From contig NC_083440.1 in NCBI RefSeq assembly GCF_020745735.1, positions 27,485,278-27,549,277 of the forward strand: a stretch of DNA of 64,000 nucleotides, read 5' to 3'. Under the pieces are notes generated by a model that worked only from the letters and a program-made list of their open reading frames with translations, ran no database searches and was not told the DNA's origin. Each line of letters begins with the position of its first letter. The first letter of the stretch is position 1. Source of the stretch: Hemiscyllium ocellatum. Its lineage: Eukaryota. Position numbers and translations under genes: made by a program. Below, piece after piece: positions 50,000-64,000 of the stretch.

Positions 50000-51486
50000 T
50001 GTCCTAGCCCACCAAGACTGGGATTTCCTGTGGCCCACTTTATTACAATGAAAACACCAGGGCTTTTGACCTTCTCTGTCCCCCTCAAAGGGTTTTTTTT
50101 TACACTGGGGTAAGTTCTCCTTATGGACTTCCCTGGGATCTACCCTTCCCTTTCCACACCAGGATTTCCCTTTGTCCCAGTTTCTCTCCCTCCTGGACTG
50201 AAATCGATTCTGGAAGTCAATCCATGTTTTATGGACCAACCCATACCCATCAGCCCCTTCAGCTGCTAACCTGACTGTTTTAACCCTCTGCTCTGCCCCA
50301 TGGGCTTACACGACATCCACACTGAGACTACCCTCAGCCTTTATCTCCAGACTTTTCAACTCACCTTCCTTTTTAAGTGTCAGGTTGTGAAGTTTAAGAG
50401 CTCTCTCTATTTCTTTCTCTGCCCTCTCTCTTCTTCCCTTTCTTCTGCTTTTAATTGTAAACCAAACGGTTTCATTTCTGCTGCCCTTTCCTGATCTCTC
50501 GCCTCTAACTGGAGCTGTTTCATTTGTAATTGAATCCTTGCCATCTCTATAGATGCTGAGGGTTTCTCCAGCAAGTGGAAATGCTGAGCTACTGCTGGAA
50601 TTATCTCTCCTTTCCTCACAGAACCTGGCAATCCCAATTCCAGCTTCTCCGCTCATTCCCGCAACTTGGTCTCACTCACCTTTTGCAAACCTTCTAACGT
50701 CACCGAATCCACTTCCAGAAAACCTTTGGTGACTAAAAGAGCCATTACTCTCCCAAGCTTAGTCCACCCAACCAAACCGACACCCGAAACATAGACACTA
50801 GCACCGACCACTCGCTGTTTAAAATTCAGGACGAGCCCCCACAATCTGTTATGGATGAGTCCAGACCACTCAAAACATTCTTAACCAGGCAGACCAGGCC
50901 ATAACTTTGCAATCTGTTTCAGTAAGTGTACAGTGAAAATTACCCGGAGTAAGTTAGTGAGGTTGACGACCAGGGTGTAGAACAGACAAAGATTTATTCA
51001 CAAAATTACACATTGAAACACAAAATAAAGACCCCCGACAGAACTCAGTCGATCCAAACTAGACTTCATCATGTTGTTCCAAATACCCACAACCGTCCCA
51101 ATAAGCAAAACTTTAAAACCCTTTAAAACCCAGTACAGAGGGAACACATGTGGACAGGCTGAAGTTAGACAGAGAGGCAGAGTTTCCACACAGCTCCCTG
51201 TTGAATTCCCAACCAGTTCTCGACTGAACTGAACTGCTCAGCTAGAGAGCAGACCAATCCCCTTTCATTATACAGGTCACTTCTAGAACATGACCACTTG
51301 GCCTAAAGGCTCATCTGTTTCCATAGAAACAAAAGGCCTCTCCAAACCCTTCCCATCTCTGTACCAAACCAGCCTGATCGGAGCCCAGCCTGGTATATTA
51401 CCCCCTCTCCCTCTGAAATACATCCAGGGCAGAGTCTCCCTGAGCCAAGGGACAGCTTTGGATAAAGAGGGACTAGCTTTGTGCCA
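50000..51486 (-). mobile_element. Gypsy-like remnant, copy 2 (LTR 50847-51486, PBS-Pro 50825-50841)
   Basis: Paralogous to 270-1740; CFHCNKVGH knuckle remnant. Confidence 0.75.
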
Positions 51487-51608
51487 CTAGCATGGACTTT
51501 GAGGGGCTGAGTGGCCTCCTTCTCTTGTCCCAGACTGTTCCAAATAGCTGTATCACCTCTGGAGGGTGTGGATTGGGAATTGATCCTGGCTGCTTTCCCC
51601 TGATACAG

Positions 51609-51938
51609 CTGCAATGGATAAAGTCGCTGACGTTGGAGGGACCGTGACACTCCCGTGTCAGGTCGGGAATGTCACTATGTCCCAGGCCACTGTATACTGG
51701 CAAAAACGCCTGGAAAAGAAAGTCTTGTTCTATTGGAAGAATGGGAGAATGGATCCCAATTATCAGAACGAGGAATACCGGAACAGAAGTCGCATCTCCC
51801 ACAGTGAATTCCAGAAGGGAAACCTGTCACTGATAATTTGGGATCTGCGTCTGAGTGATAGTGGAGTGTATGACTGTATTATCAAAACAGAACACCAAGG
51901 AACTCCTGACCAATACAGCATTACTCTGAAAGTTAACA
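51609..51938 (+). CDS. IgV-set exon of the B7-family (CD80/CD86-like) gene, copy 2
   Basis: Same splice sites as copy 1, intact frame, 6 aa differences. Confidence 0.9.
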
Positions 51939-51989
51939 GTGAGTGCTGTCCTCATTCCTGTCCTTATACCCCAGCTCAGTTTGTGTCTG

Positions 51990-53331
51990 TCTACATCAGT
52001 TTGTCTGTGTGTACATCTGTGTGTGTACATCTGCGTGTGTGTACATCTGTGTGTGTGCACATCTGTGTGTATGTATACATCTGTGAGTGTGTACATCTGT
52101 GTGTACATCTGTGCGTGTACATCTGTGAGTGTGTGTATATATCTGCATGTGTGTCTGTGTGTACATCTGTGCGTGTACGTATGTGTGTGTACATCTGTGT
52201 GTGTACATCTGTGTGTATGTTCATGTGTGTGTGTACATCTGTGTGTGTACATCTGTGTGTGTACATCTGTGTGTGTGTATGTACATCTGCATGTATGTAC
52301 ATCTGCATGTGTGTATATATCTGTGTGTACATTTGTGTGTGAGTATGTGTGTTCATGTACATCTATGTGTGTACATCTGACTGTGTATGCACATCTGCAT
52401 GAGTATACATCTGTGTGTGTATGTACATCTGTGTGAGCATACATCTGTGTGTGTACATCTCTGTGTGTGTATGTATATCTGTGTGTATACATCTGTGGGT
52501 GTATACATCTGTGTGCGTATACATCTGTGAGTGTGTGCACATCTGTGGGTGTCTGTGTACATCTTTGTGTGTGTACATCTGTGTGTGTATACATCTGTGT
52601 GTGTACACCTGTGTGTGTATACATCTGTGTATATACATCTGCATGTGTGTGTGTGTGTACATCTGTGCGTGTACTTATGTGTGTGTGTACATCTGTGTGT
52701 ATGTACATGTCTGTGTGTATACATCTGTGTTTGCATATCTGTGTGTGTGTACATCAGTGTGTGAGTATGTGCGTGCATGTACATCTGTGTGTGTACATCT
52801 GTGTATGAGTGTGTGTATGTACATCTGTGTGCGTGCATGTATGTGGGCACATGTATGTACATCTGTGTCTGTGTACTTCTGTGTGTGCATACATCTGTGT
52901 GTGTACATCTGTGTGTATGCACATCTGTGTGTGTATACATTTGTGTGTGTATACATCTGTGTGTACTTCTGTGTGTGTGTATACTTCTGTGTGTGTGTAC
53001 ATTTGTGTGTGTGTGTGTATGTACATCTGTGTGTGTGTACATCTGTGTGCGTGCATATATGTGGGCACATGTTTGTGTGTGCATGTATGTGTGTGTGCAC
53101 ATGTTTGTGTGAATGTGTGTGTGTGTGGTTTTGGACATCTGTGTTTGGACGTGTGTGTGCATAAATGTGTGCACATATGTGTGCATATGTGTATGTGTGG
53201 GTACGTATCTGTGCATGTGTGCGTACTTTCGTGTGTACTGTGTTAGTGAGCTCATGTCTGTGTGTGTGGTGTTGTGTGTGTGTATATATCGGTTGTGTGT
53301 GTGCCACTGTGTGTGTACGTCTCTGTCTCAG
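51990..53331. repeat. (TG)n-TACATC array, copy 2
   Basis: Paralogous to 2245-3540. Confidence 0.95.
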
Positions 53332-53386
53332 CATGTGTACCCCCGCACCCGGGTCCGAATGGAAAACTCAGGAACCACAACTGGGA

Positions 53387-54744
53387 GTCAGCACTGAGGG
53401 AGGGTCAGCACTGAGGGAGGGTCAGCGCTGAGGGAGGGTCAGTACTGAGGGAGGGTCAGTACTGAGGGAGGGTCGGCACTGAGGGAGGGTCAGTACTGAG
53501 GGAGGGTCAGAAGTAACGGAAGGTCAGGGCTGAGGGAGGGTCAGTACTGAGGGATGGTCAGTGCTGAGGGAGGGTCAGTACTGAGGGATGGTCAGCGCTG
53601 AGGGAGGGTCAGCGCTGAGGGAGAGTCAGTAGAAACAGAGGTTCAGCACTGATGGACGGTCAGTACTGAGGGAGGGTCAGCGCTGAGGGAGGGTCAGAAG
53701 TAACGGAAGGTCAGCGCTGAGGGAGGGTCAGTACTGAGGGATGGTCAGTGCTGAGGGAGGGTCAGTACTGAGGGATGGTCAGCGCTGAGGGAGGGTCAGC
53801 GCTGAGGGAGAGTCAGTAGAAACAGAGGTTCAGCACTGATGGAGGGTCAGTACTGAGGGAGGGTCAGAGCTGTGGGAGGGTCAGTGCTGAGGGAGGGTCA
53901 GTGCTGAGGGAGGGTCAGTAGTAATGGAAGGTCAGCGCTGAGGGAGGGTCAGTACTAAGGGAGGGTCAGTACTAAGGGAGGGTCAGCATTGAGGGAGGGT
54001 CAGCACTGAGGGAGGGTCAGTACTGAGAGAGGGTCTGCACTGAGGGAGGGTCGGCACTGAGGGAGGGTCTGCACTGAGGGAGGGTCAGTACTGAGGGAGT
54101 GTCAGTACTGAGGGAGGGTCAGTACTGAGGGAGTGTTAGTACTGAGGGAGGGTCAGTACTGTGGGAGGGTCAGCACTGAGGGAGTGCCGCACTGAGGGAG
54201 GGTCAGTACTGAGGGAGGGTCAGTACTGTGGGAGGGTCAGCACTGAGGGAGTGCCGCACTGTGGGAGGGTCAGCGCTGAGGGAGGGTCAGTACTGAGGGA
54301 GGGTCAGCACTGAGGGAGTGTTATTACTGAGGGAGGGTCAGTACTGTGTGGGGGTCAGCACTGAGGGAGGGTCAGCACTGAGGGAGTGACGCACTGCGGA
54401 AGGGTCAGTGCTGAGGGAGTGCCGCACTGAGGGAGGGTAAGTGCTGAGGGAGGGTCTGCATTGAGGGAGGGTCTGCACTGAGGGTGGGTCAGTACTGAGG
54501 GAGGGTCAGTAATACTGAGGGAGGGTCAGTAATGAGGGAGGTTCAATGCTGTGGGAGGGTCGGTACTGAGGGAGGGTCAGTACTGTAGGGGGGTCAGCAC
54601 TGAGTGAGTGCTGCACTGAGGGAGGGTCAGTACTGAGGGAGGGTCAGCACTGAGGGAGTGCCGCACTGAGGGAGGGTCAGTACTGAGGGAGGGTCTGCAC
54701 TGAGGGAGGGTCAGTACTGAGGGCGGGTCAGTACTGAGGGATGG
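53387..54744. repeat. 17-bp minisatellite, copy 2 (longer)
   Basis: About 80 units. Confidence 0.95.
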
Positions 54745-55763
54745 GCTGGGATTTAAGACCAGGACCTCCCCGGGGCAGTGTCCCACATTGGCAGGGGAGA
54801 TGCCAGTGATGTCACCATTTCTGGAACAGCTTGGCTAGGGCAGCAACACCTTCCGGGGCAGGAATCTCCAGGGCGGGTGACGGGATGTTGGCAGGGACCC
54901 GTAGCCTTCGCGGTATCCAGTGTCTCCCACTGTTCCCTGATATCACCTGGAGTGAGGCTGGAATCTGGGACACATGATGTTCAGGACCACTGGAGCAGGC
55001 TGAGGTGGAACACCCACTCCCCCACCCACACTCCCCACCCCAATAAAAAGATAAATAAATAGATAAATAAATAAAAGACAGTGAGAGGGGATGGTGGGAC
55101 CATTCAAGGGCTTTGCCAGAAGGTAAAGAACCATTCAGTAGAGAGTTCCAACCATCCATCAGAGTGAGAGTATAGAGGGGGGTGCTGGGTCAACAGTGAG
55201 GATTGATGTTAGGGAAGGAGGGAGGTTTGACCCGATCCCTCCAACTGTAAATGTTCTGAATCTCAATTATCTCTCAGAATATTAGAGATGGACATTGAAA
55301 GATCTGTCTCTGCCATGGCCATTACGTATACATTTAGGGACACCACATTTTGCACAGAACTGGATCACAATCGTTATGCGGTTAACGGCGAGGATGAGAA
55401 ATACACAGTGAGACAACTGATGGGGATGATGGCAATATTATCAATTGTCCCAGCGATGTAGTGATATGGAGGCACCTGTGTGTGTTTCAGATTTCCAGCA
55501 TCTCCACCACTTCTCTTTCAATGAAGAGGTTCACCAAACCTTTTCCCCTGCCATAGCCAGTGTGCTTGCAGCTTTGTTACAATAGGGACAGACACTGCTG
55601 CAGTCTGTCAGACACTGTCCTGCTGCTCCGTCTTGCCCTGCCGACAGGTAATGTCCTCACTCTGATACAAGGGTGATCGCCCCCTCCAGTTGACAAACTC
55701 TGCCCTTGGATTGTTCCTGCTCCCACTTAGGGAAACGTTGGGAGTCTCTCCCTCCTTCTGTTC

Positions 55764-56665
55764 TCAGACATCCACAGTCTGACGAATTCGAGCAAAGGGA
55801 TATTTCAGCACCTCCTTCAGCTGCTCTCTGAACTTAGTCTGGGTCACGGCGTAAATGATGGTGTTTGTGCAGCAACTCAGGAGTTGCAACATGAAGCCCC
55901 ACTCCAGCACAAAATCATCGAGATCCATGAATTCATATCCCAGATCGGACAAACGGGTCCATATGGAATACAGCATCAGTACTGACCATAACAGAATAAA
56001 ATTGGCTGAGATAACAAACAGCAAAACAATTGATTTCCTTCGACTCTCCATTTCGGAGTCTTTGGTGTTCTTGTCCCTATTACAAGCCCGGAGTCTCCTG
56101 CGGGCTCTGCTGGTCACTAAAATGTATCTGACTGTCAAAATATTGAGCAGCAGAACTAAGACAAATGGGAGACATGGGGTTATAATGTGATGGAGGAACT
56201 CGATTGTCACCCAGAATAGCGATTCTAGTATTGCCAGAGAATAGTCACAAAACCACGGGAGGTTCCACAATATATAATTTTCCCAGAACATAAAATACCA
56301 GAAAAGGTTCTTTAAACAGCTCACCACAGTCACTGCTCCGAGAATGAGAGATGCTGTTCTTGGAGTGCAATATCTGTTTTTCACTTTCTGCCAACAAATG
56401 GCCACAAACCGATCAAAGGTTAAAGTGACGGTGAACCAGACAGAACAGTCTGTAGCTGCATAAAGCAGGACGGCGTGGATGTTACACAAGGGGGTGGACT
56501 TCAAGAAGATAAAATGTTCCTCAAAAACAATGGGGATGTGTCTCAGTATCAGGTCAAGGATAATAACAAGGAGATCTGCCACTGCCATGGCAACCAGGTA
56601 ACGGGTGATACATTTCGAGAGACCACACTTTCCTTGGGCCAAGATTGCAATCGCCAATATGTTAA
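55764..56665 (-). CDS. GPR139/142-like GPCR, exon 2, copy 2
   Basis: Intact 902-nt exon, same acceptor, 8 aa differences from copy 1. Confidence 0.93.
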
Positions 56666-57480
56666 CTGTGAGGACCAGAAAATGGAGATTGACATTACAC
56701 TTTGGGTATGGGGCACAGTTCTCACTTTTGCCTGAGATAGAGACTAGGATTAGAAGGGCACAAATCTATCAGACTGTTAGCAGGGCTGCAAGCGATGACC
56801 GAGGCCAGGGCTGGTCAGGTCTCAGGTGGAATTGAGAAACAAGAACCAGAATTTTGAAAACAAGGCAATGGTGGACAGGCGGTCAGTGCAGGTCAGAGAG
56901 CACACGGAGCGCAAGGAAGAGTGACACAGATCTTCAGCGAACAGACTCAGTGTACATTTCAAAAATGTGATTTGAATATCCTGTCGACATTAAACCTGAC
57001 GGGGGGACACGAGGGAAGGGAATGAAAATGCAGCCTGCACCATTTTATTGTCTTCAGGTGGTTCAGAGATCACAGAGACTCTAAAGAGCTTCAAAATTAC
57101 AGCCAGGCAGGGAATATGGAGGGAAATATATTCCCTTTCTTTTGGGTATAATTTGCAGGAACATAATAAATGATCATGGTACTGGGATGAAGTGGAAGGG
57201 GGTGGTCCATAAGGGATTCAATGATGAGGTGCTGACAGACAATGGAAGTGCAGAGGGATATTGGGCAAAAAAAGATAACAAGAATTCCAAACTGTCTGTG
57301 GGATCAGCCATGGGGGAGAGCGAAGATGATGGACAGGGGTCTGCAGTGCGATAGGTGGTAGTGTTGTTACTGATGGACCCTGGAAAGAGTGACATCATCC
57401 CCGCCGGACATGGAGTTGCTAACAGCAGAGAGGTGATTAGACATGGTTTGTGGAATTAATAACGGAATATAGATACCTAC

Positions 57481-57790
57481 CGGGGACCCCAACAATAGCC
57501 AGGATGGGATAGTAACCGGCCTGAATAACAACTAGCACATCCACGGTGCTCCAAGACCATGAAAGCCAATCCAGACTCTCAGAGAAACCCCTGTCCATTG
57601 CTCCAACCTTCTGATCACCTCTGGTCAGATTCTCACACCCTGTGGTAAGAAGGTTCCAATCCACTGCTCCCTGGTTCTGACCCAGTGTTCTAAGGTTCCA
57701 ATCCATTGTCCCCAGGTTCCGTTTGACTGTTGTAAGGTTCCAATCCATTGTCCCCAGGTTCCGTTTGACTGTTGTAAGGTTCCAATCCAT
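57481..57790 (-). CDS. GPR139/142-like GPCR, exon 1, copy 2
   Basis: ATG at 57790, fewer 42-bp repeats, donor G|gtaggt in phase 1. Confidence 0.85.
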
Positions 57791-58127
57791 TGTCCCCAGG
57801 TTCCGTTTATCTGTTGTAAGGTTCCAATCCACTGCTCCCTGGTTCTGACCCAGTGTTGTAAGATTTCACAGATCCTGCTCTCTCCTCTCTGAGTCCCTCT
57901 GGAAACATTGATACCTGCTTGTGCCGACAGGAATATTCCCTGCTAACATTATCTGATGTTTCTTTTAAAAAAAGCTTCTTTTTAAATTTAGAACGTGGAA
58001 ACCCTCCAGTGACACTCCACCAATATCCAGGGAGACTGACATTAACTACGGTCACTGAACAAATAACTTCCCTTACCTCATCTTGCTGGGGGAGTTGGGA
58101 TCCAATTAAAAATAAAACCTGGAATTC

Positions 58128-59270
58128 AGGAGCCCTTGCAAGACTGGAATCGATGGGTATCCGGGGGCAAAACCTCCACGGATGGGTGTCAGGCTTGGCA
58201 CATAGGAAGATGGTTGTGGTTGTTGGAGGGTCAGTCATCTCAGCTCCAGGACATCTCTGCAGGAGGTCCTTAGGGTCATGTCCTCGGTCCCAACCATCTT
58301 CAGCTGCTTCATCAATGACCTCCTCTCCTTCATGAGGTCAGAAGGGAGGGATGGTCACCGCTGACTACACAGTGTTCAGTCCCATTTGGGGCTCCTCAGA
58401 TGCTGAAGTAGTCAATGTTTAAATGTAACAAGATCTGGACAAGATCCAGGCTTGGGCTGACAAATGTCAAGTAACATTCAAACCACACAAATGTCAGGCT
58501 ATGGTCATCACCAATAAGAGACAACCTAACCACCGCCCCTCAACGTTCGGTGGTGTTACCATCACTGAATCCCCCCCACGATCAACATCCTGGGGGTGCC
58601 CATTGACCATGAACTCAATTGGACCCACCACAGACACACTGGTTGTGGGGGGAGGTCAGAGGCTGGGAACCCTGCAGCGAGTAACTCCCCTCCTGACTCT
58701 CCCCCCAAAGCCTGTCCCACCATCTACAATGCCGAGGGCAGGAGTGTGTGAGAATACTCCTCACTTGCCCCTGGATGGGGGCAGCTCTGACAACACTAAA
58801 GAAGCTTGACCCCATCCAGGGAGAAAGCAGCCCCCTGCTTGCTTGGACCGCATCCACAAACACCCCCTCCCTCCCTCCATCACCGCCCCCCACCGACGCT
58901 CAGTAGCAGTGGTGTGGACCATCTACAAGATGCCCTGCAGAAATTCCCCAAAGAAACTCAGGCAGCAACTTCCAAACCCCACAGCCACTTCCATCCAGAA
59001 GGACAAGGGGCAGCAGGTACATGGGAACACCAGCCCCCTGCAAGTTCCCCTCCGAGCCCCTCCCCATCCCGCCTCGGAAATATATCACCGTCCCTTCAGT
59101 GTGGCTGGGTCAGAATCCTGGAATCCCCTCCCTCAGGGACATTGTGGGTCTACCCACAGCACACGGACTGCAGCAGGGCAACAAGACAGCTCAGCCCCAC
59201 ATTTTCAAGGGGGGAGGGGCGGCAACTAAGGACGGGTCTGTAAAGGCTAGTTTAGACCACATCCCGTGAA
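58128..59270 (+). mobile_element. Decayed CR1/L2-class LINE, copy 2
   Basis: Paralogous to 9960-11105. Confidence 0.75.
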
Positions 59271-60493
59271 TTTATTTCCCCAAAATTAAAGGGAATAACT
59301 CCTTTAACAACTCTCTCTCCTGTCACAATCCCACAAGCAATTAATAATGACCGAAGAAGCACGACAGAGAGGATTTAACAGGACGTGAGAGAAATAGAGA
59401 AGGAGACAGCTCCATCCCCACTTCACAAACCTCAGGAATGAGATGGGCTCTGATGGAGAATTGAATGAACTCAAACAGAAAACCTTTGACCGGTGGCCGC
59501 TAATCCAACCTGCTGGGGCAAGGGGACCTCCCTGTGTGATTCTGGAAGTGAAGGAGCCCTGCAGTTTGTAACGGGATTTATTGATGAGAGTGTACATGGT
59601 TGAACAAACTGTTGGGGATTCCTGCACGGAGCCTGAAGACTGGATGTACAAACCAAGGGACACATTGGGAAGGACTTTGCAGGATTCCCCGCGTGCTGAC
59701 TCTGTGGGAACAGCTCGGAATATCCGACCTTCTGATGGACAAGTTCCTGGCTCTCCAACCCGGAATCTAGGAGCGTCGGAGCTGGAGGCTTCAGAGAATC
59801 CGGATTCCTGGATTGGATTGTGACTGGGGAAAGGCTAGGGAGAAGGAAATCTGGATCATCCCTTGGGATAATATACAGCTGACATCAATCACCCCCTGAA
59901 ATCTCATACACACACACACCACACACACACACCCCACACACACACACACACACACCACACACACAGTGACCTCCCAACTCACTGAGCGGACCCTCTCTGA
60001 CAGTAAAAGGTGTTCGAGGCCCATCCAGCTGCTCTCTCAGGACTGAGGCAACAACAGGTGGGGTTTCAGCTGAGGGTCACCAAGACTCAGGTGGGGACAC
60101 AGGTTGGGAAGGAAGGACGTTCAGGGTAACTTCAGTCGGAGTTAATGACTCTCTGCCTCACAAATCGGCTGTCCAGCCAACTGAGCCTCCCTGAGACTCC
60201 CCTACACCTAGTCCATCACCCATGGTGACTAACCCATCCTATCTGAACCCCCTGGTATGTGTCCCCTGAACACTGTGTCGGTGAAGCTAATGTTTCAATG
60301 ACCAGCAACAAACTCTCTCTCAGGTTAAAACAAGGGCTTTATTCATGCATTCAGCANNNNNNNNNNNNNNNNNNNNNNNNNNNNNNNNNNNNNNNNNNNN
60401 NNNNNNNNNNNNNNNNNNNNNNNNNNNNNNNNNNNNNNNNNNNNNNNNNNNNNNNNNNNNNNNNNNNNNNNNNNNNNNNNNNNNNNNNNNNNN

Positions 60494-61060
60494 CACACAC
60501 ACACACGAATACATACTCTCTCTCACATTTGCACAGATAGAGATACATAAACACACACACACAAACAGACACGCAGATACACATTATCACTCACTCAAAC
60601 AGACACCCAAAGACACACACTCACACATACACACGTGTGCACACACACACACACACACACTCATACACACACACAAACACACGAACGCACACACGCTCAC
60701 ACACACAGATGCATAAACATATGCACACAGAAACAAACACAAACACACACATGCAGACTTACACACCAACACACACATTCAGAAACACAGTTTATGCAGA
60801 CACATTCTCTCACACACACAACACAAACACAGACAGAAAGATGCTTAAACATACACACTCCTTCACACACAGAAACACAGAGACATGCAGACACATATAC
60901 GCACGAACACACTCTCTCACACATACACAGACATGCAGACACACACACAGACAGAAAGACGCATAAACACACATACCAACACACACAGACATGCAGTCAT
61001 ACAGACACACGAACACGCTCCCCCTCACATACACACACAGACAGAAACACACAGACTCAC
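60494..61060. repeat. (CA)n-rich array, copy 2
   Basis: Paralogous to 12262-12960. Confidence 0.9.
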
Positions 61061-61129
61061 AGGTGAGCTTTGTCACTATGGTAACACGATGCGGTTGGTT
61101 TCTGTCTCTATGTTCTGGATGACAGAGAT

Positions 61130-62013
61130 TAGTCTCAACTGCACCCTGTTACCATAGAGACAGAACCCAACTGCATCCCGTTACCATAGAGACAGAAACC
61201 AGCCGCACCCTGTTACCATAGAGACAGAAACCAGACGCACCCTGTTACCACAGAGACAAAACCAATCTCCACCCTGTTACCATAGAGATAGAACCCAATT
61301 GCACCTTGTTACCATAGAGACAGAAACCAATCTCCACCCTGTTACCATAGAGAGAGAACCCAACCGCACCCTGTTACCATAGAGACAGAACCCAACCGCA
61401 CCCTGTTACTAGAGAGACAGAACCCGACTACACCCCGTTACCATAGAGACAGAACCCAACTGCGTCCTGTTACCATAGAGACAGAAGCCAACAGCACCCT
61501 GTTACCATAGAGACAGAACCTGACTACACCCAGTTACCATAGAGACCACTTATCACCTTGTACCCCACCAGCCTTCAAATGCGAAGAATAATCCTCCGCC
61601 ATTTTCGCCAACTCCAACACGACGCTATCCCTAAACACATCTTCCCTTCCCTCCCCCTGTCTGCATTCCGCAGAGATCGTTCCTTCTGGGTCAACCTAGT
61701 CCACTCCTCCATCACACCCAATACCTGTCCCATCACACACGGCACCTTCCCATCACACCTAACACCTCTCCCATCACCCCTAACACCTCTTCCATCACAC
61801 CTAACACCTCTCCCATCACACCTAACACCTTTCCCATCAAACCTAACACCTCTCCCATCACACCTAACACCTCTCCCATCACACCTAACACCTCTCCCAT
61901 CACACACAGCACCTCTCCCATCACACCTAACACCTCTCCCATCACACCTAACACCTCTCCCATCACACACGGCACCTCTCCCATCACACCTAACACCTCT
62001 CCCATCACACACG
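61130..62013. repeat. 32-bp minisatellite, PLE fragment and 21-bp minisatellite, copy 2
   Basis: Paralogous to 13030-13944. Confidence 0.9.
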
Positions 62014-63125
62014 TGTTATAAGTGATTTCCGTCTAGGCTTTCTGAATCTCCGGAGAATAGTTCCTGACACTTGGCTAACTAATCTAACTCTAGGGATCTG
62101 ATTCAGAACAACCGGGTCCTGCCTCCGAACTCTGCCAACCGCGGACTGTCCTTTAACCCTTGTATCAAGGGAGACTGTCCGCAAGATTAAGTTCAAAAAG
62201 GCGAACTCCAAGTTGACTGGTATCAGTCCTTATCCCCACCGGCTATCACTTCTCCCGTGGCAAATCGAAATACTGCGAGACACACACAAACGGAGTAACA
62301 GATGTTTATTCAATCTTCGAAGATTGGGCGAGTTTCCAAAAAAAAGACTTCGGAAATCGCAACGGAAGATTTTACAGCACTAATACTTATACATTATTTT
62401 TCCATTCAAATACATTGGTGATAATTTCATTGGTTTAAACATCTCACGCTATGGATTTTCTTGCATTAAAAATCATTAATGACAATTCCATTGGTTAAAG
62501 CATTTCACGCTTTTCTCTGCCAATTTCTTTAATTAAAATGTTATATTATTTTACAATTTCTGCTATTTGGCACATTCCCTTATCTTCATGTTCTACTAGT
62601 TATAACATTTATTGATTTTTGTGTATGTCATGAAAAGAGCTTTCATTGCATTTTGCCCTCTGTGTCTAACTGAAGCATTCCTTGGTTTCTTGCCCAAGGT
62701 TACCATGTTCCTACCTTTACAGAGGTGACTTACAGTTCATGCTTCTTTATGGCCTTAGTAAATTATTAGTCTTACAATTTCAACTTTTATTCATTAAATT
62801 TCTGTTTTAGTATAGAAATTACCCCACTTATACCAAGAGTGTGTGTGTGTGTGTGTGTGTGTGAATTGGGTGTGTGTGTGTGTGTAATATGTGTGTGGTG
62901 TGTGAATGTATATGTGTGTGTGTATGAAGGTAGTGTGGGTCTAGTGTGTATATGTGTGTGGGTCTTAGTGTGTCTTTGTATGTGTGTGTGGGTCTAGTGT
63001 GTATCTGTGTGTGTGTGTGTGTGTGTGTGTATGCGCGTGAATTGGGTGTGTGTGTGTGTGTATATGTGTGAATAAAGAAATATGTGTGTGTGTGTGAAAC
63101 TGCAGAAATTACATTAACCATATCA
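62014..63125 (-). mobile_element. Solo ERV LTR at the site matching the copy-1 provirus
   Basis: Same termini and same flanks (cacacg| and |agatcaggg) as the provirus; no internal sequence. Confidence 0.95.
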
Positions 63126-63388
63126 AGATCAGGGATGTTTATAAGATTTCCTTGTGGTTCATCTGTGTTCTGATAACGGTTGGTAATAAATTGTTAATTT
63201 GTGTTTAAGTTATAAACTTGGTGTCCATGATCTGTTTTTTTTTGGAAATTCCGGTGAGGAACAATTGAACGGCTGAATCCAGTGATGCGGAGGCTGATTG
63301 GGTTTGGCTTGTCTGCCCGGTGTCAGAAGTGGACTCTGTCGGGTAATGCCTGGATCTTCGGAGACTGGAACACAAGGCACTGTTGGAA

Positions 63389-63589
63389 GTCCAACGACAC
63401 CAGGTTATAGTCCAACAGGTTCATTTGGAATCAGAAACTTTCTCAGCACTCCTCCTTTGTCAGATGAAGTCAAGAAAGGGGGCAGTGCTCCAAAAGCTAG
63501 TGCTTCCGACTAAACCCATGTGACTATAACCTGGTGTCATGTGACTTCTGACCTTGTCCACCCCAGTCCAACTCTGGCACCTCCACATC
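63389..63589. mobile_element. PLE-type terminal palindrome, copy 2
   Basis: Arms at 63396-63412 and 63522-63538. Confidence 0.6.
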
Positions 63590-64000
63590 ATGACAAACAC
63601 TGTAATCATGGTCGCAGAAACTATGGACACGGTAACTATCGACACGATAATTACGGACACGGTAACTATGGACACAGTAACTATGGACACAGTAACTATG
63701 GACACGGTAACAATGGGCACAGTAATTACGGACACGATAACTATGAACGCGATAACTATGGACATGGTAACTACGGACATGATAACTATGGACACGATAA
63801 CTATGGACACGGTAACTACGGACATGATAACTATGGACACGATAATTATGGACACAGCAACTATGGACATGATAATTCTGGACATGGTGACTATGATCAT
63901 GGTGACTATGGACACGGTAATTATGGATACGGTAACTATGGACATGGTAACTATGGACACGGTAATTAAGGACACAGAAACAATGGAGAGGGTAACTATG
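63590..64000. repeat. Start of the 15-bp satellite, copy 2
   Basis: Same monomer; runs off the window end. Confidence 0.95.

Larger units (their letters stand above)
49735..64000. repeat. Tandem segmental duplication, unit copy 2 (runs off the window end)
   Basis: Colinear with 1-~23710. Mostly about 1-5% diverged by eye, with a 1.8-kb deletion and a provirus reduced to a solo LTR. Confidence 0.93.

Overview
Vertebrate, non-prokaryotic DNA. The repeat families and the GPCR type point to a shark (chondrichthyan); this is an inference. The window holds one ~49.7-kb unit (1-49734) followed by the first 14.3 kb of a diverged tandem copy (49735-64000). Each unit has three main parts. (i) On +, a B7-family (CD80/CD86-like) gene with a leader exon and a non-rearranging IgV exon. 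Copy 1 also has a 63-nt stalk exon, and I found no IgC or transmembrane exon. (ii) On -, a two-exon GPR139/142-like class A GPCR whose N-terminus is a variable array of 14-aa N-glycosylation repeats. (iii) Dense repeats: a Gypsy-like remnant, Penelope-like elements (PLEs) with a minimal hammerhead ribozyme motif, CR1-type LINEs, several minisatellites, and an ~18.4-kb 15-bp satellite with higher-order repeats. A decayed, chimeric class I (gamma/epsilon-like) ERV provirus (13945-22775) is full length in copy 1 but a solo LTR at the same site in copy 2. The very long ORFs in the ORF track come from the satellites. Exon boundaries and substitution counts were read by eye; no database search was run.
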